Sequence record: SRR20825006_693
Reading direction: 5' to 3' (one strand)
Length of the DNA: 34,103 nt
This document shows, in pieces, positions 1 through 9,347 of this stretch. The notes under the pieces are model-generated. The model ran no database searches. It was given only the letters and a program-made list of their open reading frames with translations, and was not told where the DNA came from. Each line of letters begins with the position of its first letter. Position 1 is the first letter of the stretch. The position numbers were made by a program, and so were the translations under genes.

Positions 1-778
1 AGCGCAAACCACGCGCCACCGTATTTTAGGTATCGTAAATGGTGATGATTTTCAGGCGATTTTTAGCGATACTCCGGGAATTATAAAACCCGCATATGAG
101 CTGCAAGCTTCGATGATGGACTTTGTAAAGTCGGCTTTTGAGGATGCCGATGTGTTGATCTATATGGTTGAAATGGGCGAAAAAGAGTTGAAAGACGAAG
201 ACTTCTTCAATAAAATTCGCAATACCGATATTCCGGTGTTGCTGCTCATTAACAAGATCGATAAAGGAAATGAAGAGCTGCTTGAAGCCAGTCGTACGCA
301 TTGGCAAGAGAAAGTGCCTAATGCAGAGATTTTTGCTATTTCAGCTTTGGAAAATTTTGGGGTAAGTCAGGTATTTGATCGTATTCTTGATGCTTTACCG
401 GTGTCGCCACCATTTTACCCAAAAGATGCGTTGACCGACAAACCAGAACGCTTTTTTGTAAATGAGATCATTCGCGAGAAGATCTTGATGCACTACAAAA
501 AAGAAGTTCCATATTCTGTAGAGATCGATACCGAAGAGTTTTTTGAAGAAGAAAATATCATTAGAATGCGCAGCATCATTATGGTGGAACGCGATAGCCA
601 AAAGGGAATCATCATTGGGCATAAAGGTGCGGCGCTAAAACGCATAGGCGTAGAAGCCCGTAAGGATCTCGAGATTTTCTTTGGCAAACAAGTGCATTTA
701 GAACTCTATGTAAAAGTCAATAAAGACTGGCGCAGCAGCGAGCGCGAGTTGCGTCGCTTTGGATACAATGGGAAATAG
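1..778 (+). CDS. era: GTPase Era (5'-truncated at window edge)
   Basis: Frame of ORF 113..778 is open back to base 2: AQTTRHRILGI (G2), DTPG (G3), NKID (G4), SA (G5), KH-domain GIIIGHKG and C-terminal LYVKVNKDWR. Confidence 0.97.
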   Translation, partial: AQTTRHRILGIVNGDDFQAIFSDTPGIIKPAYELQASMMDFVKSAFEDADVLIYMVEMGEKELKDEDFFNKIRNTDIPVLLLINKIDKGNEELLEASRTHWQEKVPNAEIFAISALENFGVSQVFDRILDALPVSPPFYPKDALTDKPERFFVNEIIREKILMHYKKEVPYSVEIDTEEFFEEENIIRMRSIIMVERDSQKGIIIGHKGAALKRIGVEARKDLEIFFGKQVHLELYVKVNKDWRSSERELRRFGYNGK

Positions 779-874
779 TCGCAGCGCCACAGTCGGTTTA
801 TAAAGTGGGTTTTTAAAATGCTAAATTAGTGTTTAAGCATATTTTTTCGGAAATTAGAACTAAAATGAATGGAG

Positions 875-1117
875 ATGGCAACTGTTGAAACTTTAAGAAA
901 CGGACTGATTGAGAAAATACAAGCGATAAAAGATAAAGAGTTTTTAGTCGCTTTAGATCGTTTAATCGCATCAGGCAAAGCCGAATCAGATATACTTGAA
1001 TTATCTGAAGCGCAAAAGGAATTGCTTGATCTGGCAGAGCAAGATGTTGCAACAGGAGCTTTACTTTCTCAAGAGGAATTAGATCAAAGAAATTTAAAAT
1101 GGCTGGACGCAATGTAG
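875..1117 (+). CDS. Putative type II antitoxin (addiction-module-type small acidic protein)
   Basis: About 80 aa, acidic C-terminus (ELSEAQKELLDLAEQD...LSQEELD); overlaps the downstream RelE/ParE gene by 19 nt. Start may be ATG 869 or 875. Confidence 0.7.
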   Translation: MATVETLRNGLIEKIQAIKDKEFLVALDRLIASGKAESDILELSEAQKELLDLAEQDVATGALLSQEELDQRNLKWLDAM

Positions 1118-1416
1118 TATGGACGCGTACGGCAGATATACAATTTGTAGGAATACTTGAATATTGGGTTCACCGAAATAAATCTAATACGTATTCTAAG
1201 AAGTTAGTTAGTCTCGTTTCAAAAACGACAAAACAAATTGCTAAAAACCCCAATCTTTTTAAGGCAACTAATTATAAGGATATTCGGGTTGCTTCACTAA
1301 ATCAGTACAGCATTTTTTATAAAGCCCATTCTGACCAAATTATTATTTTGGCTTTTTGGGATAACCGTCAAGATGATAAAAAGCTATTACAGTATTTAAA
1401 AACTAGAAATATATAG
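1099..1416 (+). CDS. RelE/ParE family toxin
   Basis: 105 aa basic protein with N-terminal VVWTRTA, central NPNLFK and C-terminal YSIFY...IIILAFWDNRQD, a typical RelE/ParE pattern. Confidence 0.85.
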   Translation: MAGRNVVWTRTADIQFVGILEYWVHRNKSNTYSKKLVSLVSKTTKQIAKNPNLFKATNYKDIRVASLNQYSIFYKAHSDQIIILAFWDNRQDDKKLLQYLKTRNI

Positions 1417-1422
1417 AATAAT

Positions 1423-1450
1423 AAAGCCCCGCATCGCGGGGCTTTTTATT
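1423..1450. terminator. Bidirectional intrinsic terminator between the convergent toxin gene and arsM
   Basis: AAAGCCCCGC-ATC-GCGGGGCTTT stem (1423-1445) with A-rich and T-rich flanks. Confidence 0.85.
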
Positions 1451-1472
1451 TTTACCGATGGCTGCAAGCCAT

Positions 1473-2441
1473 TTAGCAGCATCCGCCACCATCATAGTGA
1501 AAAGTGCTTTCACTAATAAATATGTCGTCACGGCCTAAAGCAGCAAGCGCACCGGCCGTTTTATCGCACACAGCCAATGGTTGGTTTTTCAATAAAACGT
1601 GGCCTTTTTTATCATCAAAATAATCCTTAGCGCCGTAATAGATGGCAGCTTTTCCGGTGAAGATACACGGGCCATCCTCTGGCATAGGATCTTTAATCGC
1701 TGCCACCTCAATCGATTCGATGTAGATGAGTTCGTCTGTTGGGTAGTTTTTAGGATCGAGAATGCGATACGGCTTGCGCGCACGAATCTCGATAGTGCCA
1801 AAACCAGCGTCGGTCAAGGCTTTTACATATTCTTTTATTGGTAAACTTCCGCTTAGGCATAATGCACGTAGGCGCTCATCGTTACGCAAGGTTTCATTCA
1901 TTTCTTGCTCGCAAGTAGGATCGCTCATTACGAGTCTGCCGTGAGGTTTCAGTACACGGTACATTTCATCAATCGCTTTTTTCAATTCTTCGGCTTTAAA
2001 AATATTGAAGAGACAATTTTGAGCTGCTACATCGATGCTGTTGTCTTCCACAGGTAAGTGAAGCGCGTCTCCCTTTTTAAGATCTACAAACTCACTTTTG
2101 AACCAAGGGTTTAACTCCTCAGCTACCTCAAAGTTTTTGCGTGAAGCTTCGAGCATCTCATCAACCACGTCAACGCCTACTACGCCGCTTTTTTGGCGCG
2201 AGAAATAAGCGAACTGTAAAAGCTCCATTCCGCCGCCTACGCCCACATAAAGCACCCGCGGATCGTTTGTAAGATCACGCGCATTTACGGTGCTTCCGCA
2301 GCCGTAATTCATCTCTTGCATAATCTTAGGGATTTTCAATTCCGGCAATTCCCAAATGGGATTTGTGGTGCAGCAAAGTCCAACATCTGGAGTGAGTGCA
2401 GCGTCACGATATACATTTTTGGTGGTTTCTAAATAACTCAT
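1473..2441 (-). CDS. arsM: Arsenite S-adenosylmethionine methyltransferase (arsenosugar-cluster type)
   Basis: N-terminal LCCT, NYGCGS, SAM motif I VLYVGVGGG, GVD, QNCLFN, YRVLKPHGRLVMSD, ALCLSG; C-terminal PCIFTGK...VCDKT domain ending GGGCC; same operon as arsS. Confidence 0.88.
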   Translation of the reverse strand: MSYLETTKNVYRDAALTPDVGLCCTTNPIWELPELKIPKIMQEMNYGCGSTVNARDLTNDPRVLYVGVGGGMELLQFAYFSRQKSGVVGVDVVDEMLEASRKNFEVAEELNPWFKSEFVDLKKGDALHLPVEDNSIDVAAQNCLFNIFKAEELKKAIDEMYRVLKPHGRLVMSDPTCEQEMNETLRNDERLRALCLSGSLPIKEYVKALTDAGFGTIEIRARKPYRILDPKNYPTDELIYIESIEVAAIKDPMPEDGPCIFTGKAAIYYGAKDYFDDKKGHVLLKNQPLAVCDKTAGALAALGRDDIFISESTFHYDGGGCC

Positions 2442-2501
2442 AATACATTATGTTATTCTCTAAAGATAAACTAGAGAAGGTTATTTAAGTTCTTTTGTCT
2501 A

Positions 2502-3329
2502 TTAAAGTTGAATGCCAAAACCTTGCAAGCCGCTTTCATATGCCGGCAGAATTTCGGTGTTGTCCCAAATTCCGGTGATCAGGGTCCGGGCATATTCCTG
2601 CGGTAAAAAGTCGGTTTGCATATGTTGATTAGCCAATTTGTAATTATAGTCCATCGTGTGATGCGTAAATTTAAGTTGGCCATCCCGTTCTTCTAAGATC
2701 GCATACCACACGTGCGGACTTCCATCATTTGCCGGCATTCCGATAACCCCGGGATTGAGCCAGAGTTTTTCATTCTTACTATGATTAAAGGGTAATCCAC
2801 AATGACCAGCGATGATCACATCGGCACCCGTTGCATCAAAGTTTTTCTGTTTAAGGGACCAATCGGTAGACTTATATACAAATTCAGAGACGTTAAAAAA
2901 GTCGCCGTGAACCATAACGAACTTTTTATCCGCAAAGCGGAATTGTATATGATCAGGAAAAGTAGCGATAAAATCTAACGAACTTTTACTGAGTTTACTT
3001 TGCGCGTACGGAAACCACATTTGACTAAAGCCGTCACAGCGCGAACCTTTTCTAAAATCACAACCGCAATCTTCTGCGCCATCGCGCAACTGAATCTCTA
3101 CATTACCTAAAATACTTTGCGCTCCCCAAATTTTAAAGAGTTGCACGACTTCTTCGGGTTGTGCGCAATACCCCACAATGTCCCCGGTGCACAAGCAATT
3201 TTGTGGTGCGATGTGTTGTGCTTCGGCGATATGCTTCAGCGCTTCTAAAGCTTGAAGATTACTGTACACTCCACCAAACAAAAGCACCTTTCCGTCAAGT
3301 TTGCCAAGGTCTACCACAGTTTTATCCAT
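2502..3329 (-). CDS. Calcineurin-like metallophosphoesterase family protein with degenerate motifs and a CxC-x7-C insert
   Basis: GDIVGY, GNVE, VHG, GHCG, NPGVIGMP. Start moved to ATG 3329 (MDKTVVDLG, 275 aa), which overlaps the symporter stop by 19 nt. Confidence 0.8.
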   Translation of the reverse strand: MDKTVVDLGKLDGKVLLFGGVYSNLQALEALKHIAEAQHIAPQNCLCTGDIVGYCAQPEEVVQLFKIWGAQSILGNVEIQLRDGAEDCGCDFRKGSRCDGFSQMWFPYAQSKLSKSSLDFIATFPDHIQFRFADKKFVMVHGDFFNVSEFVYKSTDWSLKQKNFDATGADVIIAGHCGLPFNHSKNEKLWLNPGVIGMPANDGSPHVWYAILEERDGQLKFTHHTMDYNYKLANQHMQTDFLPQEYARTLITGIWDNTEILPAYESGLQGFGIQL

Positions 3330-4648
3330 GCCGGTATCATATATAAAATTAAACAACATCCCGCGGCCCAAATGTTGGCCCATAGTAGGTCTGCATAGCG
3401 ACCTTGAGTTAGAATCCAACATTCAGGAATCAGGTTAAAAACCAATAAAAGTCCGAAACCAATGCCACAAAAAACACTCAGGTAAAAACTGAGTTTAGGG
3501 GCAGGGAGTTTCCAAAAGAAAAATATAGGCGTAAGGCCAATAACCATCGTGCCTGAAATGGTTGTTGCCGATAAAATTTCAGCATCTAAAAAGATAGGAA
3601 TTGTACCCAGAACAACCAATACACACATCGCTAAACGACCAAAACTGATGCTTTCGCCGAGTCTTAAATCTACTGCTGCCAGTTTAGAAAATGATGAAAA
3701 CGTAGAGTCTAAAGTCGAAGCCGCTGAGGTGATCATTATAAAATTGATGATCAACAAGATCACGCTACCAAAGGCTTTTCCTACTTCTACAGCCGCCTGC
3801 CCCTGCATTCCCATCGCTTTGGCATAAACCCCAATAACGCTGAAAAGCACTATACAGATCGCTCCTAAAATCCCTGCCCAAAGAAAACTTCTAAGCGTGA
3901 CTTTTGGCGAACTTAAAAAGCCGCGGTCTGTCAAAACGGGATCGTGAAAGGGATAACTCAAACTTTGAATGAGCGCGGCAAATAATAAATTTAAACCAGT
4001 GTCAAAACCCCAAACTCCAGATTGCAAGGTTTCTGCTACTGTAAAATTAGTAGTCGAATAAATGCTCGCCAAGATCACAAATAGTAAAATTCCAAAAAGT
4101 CCCATTTGTAAAACGTCGGTAAAGATCGAACTGCTCAAGCCACCTTTAAGCGAATAGGCAAGCGTTAGCAGTGTAAATACAATAATAGAGGCGTAATAGG
4201 GAGTGCTGCCGATATCGCCAAAATAACTTCCGATCACCATCGTATTGCTCCATACCTCATTAAACAGACGTATTGCGATCAACACCGAAAACACACGCAT
4301 CGCATTTTTACCGAAGCGCGAGGTAAGAAACTGATGCAAACTGGTAAAACCACCTCGTGTACGCAGCGAATAAATAAGAATACCCGCCATTACAAACGAG
4401 AGATAATACGCGGCATAAGCGACACCACCCACAATACCAAATTCCAATCCCAGGTTGGCCGCATTGGTAATACTCTTGGCAAAAATCCAGGAAATGATCA
4501 AGCTACCGGTAAGCATAAAGGCATTGGGCGCCTTCCTGCGATGCGTTGCTTTAAAAAAATCATCGGTTGTTTTTGCCAGAGGCGAAAGGAAAAAGAGCGT
4601 TACACTAGACGCAATAATCAAGATCCACTGCCAGATTGCTATATCCAA
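3311..4648 (-). CDS. Sodium:solute symporter (SSS) family transporter
   Basis: 445 aa, many hydrophobic segments; SWIFAKSI, FLTSRFG, YSLKGGLSSSIFTDVLQ, SAASTLDS. Confidence 0.9.
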   Translation of the reverse strand: MDIAIWQWILIIASSVTLFFLSPLAKTTDDFFKATHRRKAPNAFMLTGSLIISWIFAKSITNAANLGLEFGIVGGVAYAAYYLSFVMAGILIYSLRTRGGFTSLHQFLTSRFGKNAMRVFSVLIAIRLFNEVWSNTMVIGSYFGDIGSTPYYASIIVFTLLTLAYSLKGGLSSSIFTDVLQMGLFGILLFVILASIYSTTNFTVAETLQSGVWGFDTGLNLLFAALIQSLSYPFHDPVLTDRGFLSSPKVTLRSFLWAGILGAICIVLFSVIGVYAKAMGMQGQAAVEVGKAFGSVILLIINFIMITSAASTLDSTFSSFSKLAAVDLRLGESISFGRLAMCVLVVLGTIPIFLDAEILSATTISGTMVIGLTPIFFFWKLPAPKLSFYLSVFCGIGFGLLLVFNLIPECWILTQGRYADLLWANIWAAGCCLILYMIPAWIKLW

Positions 4649-4658
4649 ATTGGTAATT

Positions 4659-6101
4659 TTAATTATCCCACCAAACGGGACTGTTTAAACTGTTGTCATT
4701 TGTGGCTGCTGCCGCGGCTTGATAATTATCTGCATTCAAAGCTTGCTCTTCTGCCGGATACGGCATACGCACAGGAATGATCCCATCATTCAAGCTCGCT
4801 GCAACGGCCCTAAATTCGGGGAAGCCGGTGCGGCGCCATTCGATCCAACCTTCATAGCCGTTGATGAGGTTAGCGATCCATTTTTGCGTGATGATCTGTT
4901 GTACAGGTGTGGTTCCTGCAGCGTTATATGCAGCCGGTCCGTTCAAGTACTCTGCCGGAAGATCGGTCAACCAATAATCAAAAGCCAACTGAACGCCTTG
5001 ATTGTATAAAGATTCTGCATCAGCACTTATAAAACCTTTTTCTGCAGCTTCCGCAAGGATAAAGTGTGTTTCCCAAGCCGTCATAAAATTAGCATCTAAT
5101 TGCGCAGTGTTCTCTCGGAAAAGCGTTCCGGCCAACGAATAATTAGCAGGTTCGATCGAAGTTTGTGAGGCATCAATTCCGTTGATGAGTCCGTTAAATT
5201 CACCGGAAGTCGAATTGGCAAAAGGACGGAAAAATACCGAAATACGATCATCATCAAGATCGGTTAAAATATCTTCCATAGTTTCAGAAAGCACAAAGTT
5301 GTTGAAATCTCCTGCCCGCAATTGCGCAAAGCGAAAACTATTAGGAGCACTTGAGGTGAAATCGAAAACGGCATTATCTGCATTAGTAGTGATAAAATTT
5401 CCTTCGGCATAAATAGAAGCGATAGCGGACGCTACATCCTCCTGACTTGAAATACGCATTAAGGCTTTCAGCTTTAAAGAGTTTGCAAACTGTATCCATT
5501 TGCTGAGATCCCCGTCAAAAAACAGATCACCTTCTAAAGCCACAGCGCCGGAGTAGGCATTGATCGCGGCAATCCCCTGATCCAGGTTGTCCAGAATTCC
5601 GCCATCTGCTAGATAAATAGCTTCTTGATCATCATAAGGGGCGGTGACGGTTCCGTCAATTCCATTAAATGCTTCAAAATAGGGAACATCGCCAAACAAA
5701 TCGGTAAGACCTTGCGCCATATAGGCTTTGAGAATCAATGCCGGTCCTTCATAAACTTTAAAGGTTTCGACTTCCTGAGCCTGTTTAAGTAAAAGTTCGT
5801 TGTCTCTGAGATTGGTGTAAAAAATAGGCCAGGGATTGCCACCCAATTGCGGCGATTTCAATGCGTGACGATCAAAGAGGTTAAAGTCTAAAGCCGTGCG
5901 ATGCTGTGAAAGGAGATCGCCTGCTGCAAAACCTTCATAGCTCATTTGCTCGCCAAAATCATAAATAACCTGGCGTAAAAGCAATCCCGGTTGCACGCTT
6001 ACCGGCGCATTGGGATTGGTGTTTTTTTCTTCAAAATCTGTAGTACAAGCCGTAAAGAAGCTCAGACTCAAGATTAGAATGGTATATATCGTGTTTTTCA
6101 T
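4659..6101 (-). CDS. SusD/RagB family lipoprotein
   Basis: Lipobox FFTA-C then TTDFEEKNTNPN; LTDLFGDVPY, ANSLKLK, IITQKWIA, EGWIEWRRTGFP, PVRMPYP, VWWD; directly downstream of SusC. Confidence 0.95.
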   Translation of the reverse strand: MKNTIYTILILSLSFFTACTTDFEEKNTNPNAPVSVQPGLLLRQVIYDFGEQMSYEGFAAGDLLSQHRTALDFNLFDRHALKSPQLGGNPWPIFYTNLRDNELLLKQAQEVETFKVYEGPALILKAYMAQGLTDLFGDVPYFEAFNGIDGTVTAPYDDQEAIYLADGGILDNLDQGIAAINAYSGAVALEGDLFFDGDLSKWIQFANSLKLKALMRISSQEDVASAIASIYAEGNFITTNADNAVFDFTSSAPNSFRFAQLRAGDFNNFVLSETMEDILTDLDDDRISVFFRPFANSTSGEFNGLINGIDASQTSIEPANYSLAGTLFRENTAQLDANFMTAWETHFILAEAAEKGFISADAESLYNQGVQLAFDYWLTDLPAEYLNGPAAYNAAGTTPVQQIITQKWIANLINGYEGWIEWRRTGFPEFRAVAASLNDGIIPVRMPYPAEEQALNADNYQAAAAATNDNSLNSPVWWDN

Positions 6102-6131
6102 CTTCTAATTAGTTTTGATAGGCTTCAAGCC

Positions 6132-9100
6132 TTAAAAATTAAAGCCTGCTTTTAAACCAATACTGCGCGTGGTGGCATAGCTCATATCTTCAACACCGCT
6201 TACAAAGCCGGTGCCTTGCACTGCGAGTTGCTCAGGATCAAAATGCGGTATTTCTGAAAAGGCAAAGAGGTTGCGTCCCACAAGCGACAAGTCGATGTCC
6301 ATCCCGTTACTTAAGCCTAAAAAGCCATCTTTTAGATTAAAGGTATACCCCACTGAAAACTGACGCAGTTTTAAATAGGAAGCGTCATAAATATTGTTTT
6401 CTTCGTGGTTACGATCGTAAAATTGACGATAATAGGTCTCTGCAGAAACCGCGGTGGTATTGGGTACATACTGCGGATTTTCTGCTGTGCCTGTATTGAC
6501 CACACCTTGCGGAACAATACCTGCTTCCGGGCGATTTGCTGTTTCGGCAAGTTGGCCACCCACAGTTCCCAAAGCGCGCGTACGTGAAACGAGTTCGCCA
6601 CCTTGTCGCCAGTCAAACAAGAAGCTCAAACTCCAATTTTTATAGCTGAAGCTGTTGTTCCAGCCTAGCATAAAGTCAGGGGTGTAGTTTCCTATTTTTT
6701 TGAGGTTATTGTCTGCGATATAGCTTCCGGAAGGGGTTAGTATAAATTGTCCGTCTTCGGTTTTTTGATAACCAGTTCCGTAGATATCGCCAATTTTTCC
6801 GCCTTCTTCTACCTGAAACCAAACGGTCTGGTTGGCACTGTCGTAAATTCGGCTGTAAGCCAAGGTCAGCCTTCCGTCAGCTTGTGGTAAACTTTCTACT
6901 CTCGACGTATTACTACTAAAATTGAATGTAGTATTCCATTTAAAATTAGCGGTCAGAATCGGTGTGAGATCTGCGATAAGTTCGACTCCCTGGGTGCGCA
7001 CTTCACCGCCATTCACCACCTGCTGATTGTATCCTGATGAGATCGCGATAGGTAGTGAAATGATCTGATCTTTGGTCAACGCGTTGTAATACGTCGCATC
7101 TAATCGAATGCGATCTTTAAGAAATCTGATGTCAGCGCCTACTTCGTAAGACGTGGTTTGTTCAGGTCTCAGATTAGCATTCGGTATAAAATTTTGATTG
7201 CTGAAGGTGGGCTGCCCGTTATAAGCCGTCTGCGAAATAAACGCACCGCTGGTTTGATAAGGCTGCGTATCGTTACCCACTTGGGCTACACTCGCGCGAA
7301 GTTGCGCATAGGAAAAAGCTTTGGGTAACTCAGCAACTTCAGAAAGAATAAAACTCGCAGAAGCCGAAGGGTAAAAGAACGAAGTCCCATCTACCGAAAA
7401 TGGCGTAGCAAGCGCGCTTGACCAGTCGTTACGGCCGGTAAGGTCTAAAAATAAAAACTCTCGGTAGCCAAGTTTTGCAATTCCGTAGAGGGAATTGATG
7501 CGCTTATTTGATTCAAATTGAAATACATCAATTGGCGAAGCAGCGTTATTTAGATTGAAAACTCCCGGTTGTGCAAGATTCACCGTTTGCGACTGTTTGG
7601 TGCTGGCTTTTTGATCCAGACGGTTTCCGCCTAGCGAAACATCAAGAGAAAAGTCGCCAAAAATGTTGTTATAATTCAGTAAGAAATCAGTGTTGATCTC
7701 GCGATAAAACACATCGTGCTCGGCATAGCCTCCATTTTGAAAACGGTTAGAGCTGAAAGCACGACGCAGCTGGCGCGTTTCCGAAGAATAATCCATTCCG
7801 GAACGCAGCGAAAGGCTGAGGTTTTCTGTGATTTGCTGTTTGATAGAAATATTTCCAAAAACCCGATCCCGGTTGAAAGAATTCCGGTTTTCATACATCG
7901 TAAAAAACGGATTGTCAAAATACGTATAGTTGAAGGAGTAGTGCTGCACGCCTTCTAATCCCGGTTGCCAATATTGACGTAAGCTGTTAATGTCTAGCGA
8001 GCGCGGTCCCCAAGCCACAAGCGCATAATTGACGTTCTCACTTCCGTAGCCGTTAGATGGGCGGTTGTCGCTCCCAGAATTCACATAACTGATAGAAGCA
8101 TTAAACGTGGTTTCGTCAGTCGGTTTAAAATTCAGTTTGGTAGCTACCGTTTGACGGTCCAGATTTACTCCGGGAATGATCGACTCACTGCGTAAATCGG
8201 TAAACGAAATGCGATAGTTTCCTTTGTCAAAACCGCTGCCTATCGCCACGTTATTGATCGTGGTCACGCCGGTCTCGTAAAAATCTTTCAGGTTATCAGG
8301 ATGTGAATTGAAGGCTGTCGGCGTGATGGCGACCCCGTTGTATAAGGAAGTGTCTCCACCCCGAACGACCGTTCCGTCAGGTAAAGTTACAGGTGAATCA
8401 AATTGTGCAATCAAGGTGCCCTGATCTAAACGCGGTCCCCAGGAATAGGAGATGAGGTCGTTGACCCCGCCGCCTAAACCGTCAACAAATTCAAACTGAC
8501 CGGAATTTCCTTGCCCGTATTGATTTTGAAATTCAGGAAGTTTAAAGGGCGTATCTACAAAAACCGAAGTATTGATGCTGATGCCTAGACCTTTGCTTTG
8601 GCTTCCGTTTTTAGTTTCAATAATGATCACACCGTTTGATGCGCGGGTGCCGTAAAGCGCTGCAGCACTTGGGCCTTTGAGTACACTCACCGAAGCAATA
8701 TCGTCTGGATTGACTTCCATGGCGCCATTACCAAAATCTATCTCTTGAAAACCGGCTGCGGCTTCGTTACTTTCATTAAAAACTGTGTTGTTGTTGATAG
8801 GCGTTCCGTCAACTATAAACAACGGATTGTTGTTTGAAAAGGAAGCCTCACCGCGAATGGTGATCTTCGAAGAAGAACCCACGCCGGTAGCGCCTTGTGA
8901 AACCGTAACACCGGCTAATTTCCCAGCAAGATTGTCGAGGAAGTTCGGCGCTTTTACCGCAGAAACTTCTTCTGCTTCGATGGTTTGCACTACATAACCC
9001 AATTCTTTAGTCTCGCGCTCGAGACCGAGCGCCGTTATGACCACTTCATCGAGGTCTGTAGTAGATTCTTGTAAAGTGATATTGATGGTAGTTCGCCCGT

Positions 9101-9347
9101 TGATTGATGAGGTTTGGGTGATGAAGCCAATTGCTGAAAAGCGTAGTTCGTTAGCTGCAGCAGGAACTTCCAGCGAAAACATTCCGTTTTCATCGGTTAT
9201 CGTAGCAGCATCGGTATTTACGGCAATGACATTTACAAACGGTACGGTCGTCCCGTCGCTTGAGGTGGTTACCGTACCCGAAATGGTAGTTTGGCTATTG
9301 GCAACTGCACACAGCAAGAGCATTAGCCCAAAATAAAGGTGTTTCAT
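6132..9347 (-). CDS. SusC/RagA family TonB-dependent outer-membrane transporter
   Basis: 1071 aa; signal peptide, LDEVVITALG, PLFIVDG, NPDDIASVSVLKGPSAAALYGTRASNGVIIIETK plug motif, RNDWSS, LRPEQTTSYEVG, C-terminal Phe. Confidence 0.97.
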   Translation of the reverse strand: MKHLYFGLMLLLCAVANSQTTISGTVTTSSDGTTVPFVNVIAVNTDAATITDENGMFSLEVPAAANELRFSAIGFITQTSSINGRTTINITLQESTTDLDEVVITALGLERETKELGYVVQTIEAEEVSAVKAPNFLDNLAGKLAGVTVSQGATGVGSSSKITIRGEASFSNNNPLFIVDGTPINNNTVFNESNEAAAGFQEIDFGNGAMEVNPDDIASVSVLKGPSAAALYGTRASNGVIIIETKNGSQSKGLGISINTSVFVDTPFKLPEFQNQYGQGNSGQFEFVDGLGGGVNDLISYSWGPRLDQGTLIAQFDSPVTLPDGTVVRGGDTSLYNGVAITPTAFNSHPDNLKDFYETGVTTINNVAIGSGFDKGNYRISFTDLRSESIIPGVNLDRQTVATKLNFKPTDETTFNASISYVNSGSDNRPSNGYGSENVNYALVAWGPRSLDINSLRQYWQPGLEGVQHYSFNYTYFDNPFFTMYENRNSFNRDRVFGNISIKQQITENLSLSLRSGMDYSSETRQLRRAFSSNRFQNGGYAEHDVFYREINTDFLLNYNNIFGDFSLDVSLGGNRLDQKASTKQSQTVNLAQPGVFNLNNAASPIDVFQFESNKRINSLYGIAKLGYREFLFLDLTGRNDWSSALATPFSVDGTSFFYPSASASFILSEVAELPKAFSYAQLRASVAQVGNDTQPYQTSGAFISQTAYNGQPTFSNQNFIPNANLRPEQTTSYEVGADIRFLKDRIRLDATYYNALTKDQIISLPIAISSGYNQQVVNGGEVRTQGVELIADLTPILTANFKWNTTFNFSSNTSRVESLPQADGRLTLAYSRIYDSANQTVWFQVEEGGKIGDIYGTGYQKTEDGQFILTPSGSYIADNNLKKIGNYTPDFMLGWNNSFSYKNWSLSFLFDWRQGGELVSRTRALGTVGGQLAETANRPEAGIVPQGVVNTGTAENPQYVPNTTAVSAETYYRQFYDRNHEENNIYDASYLKLRQFSVGYTFNLKDGFLGLSNGMDIDLSLVGRNLFAFSEIPHFDPEQLAVQGTGFVSGVEDMSYATTRSIGLKAGFNF

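Noticed and set aside
813-1112. 99-aa Leu-rich minus-strand ORF opposite the antitoxin
   Set aside because: Antisense shadow of an acidic, AT-rich gene; no support as a type I toxin or separate gene.
3330-3422. N-terminal 31 aa of the 306-aa ORF 2502..3422
   Set aside because: Overlaps the symporter by over 100 nt and has no family motifs; ATG 3329 gives a short coupled overlap and starts just before the first motif.
4334-4780. 148-aa plus-strand ORF
   Set aside because: Antisense to the symporter and SusD genes with no recognisable motifs; treated as a shadow ORF, like the other short antisense ORFs in the track.
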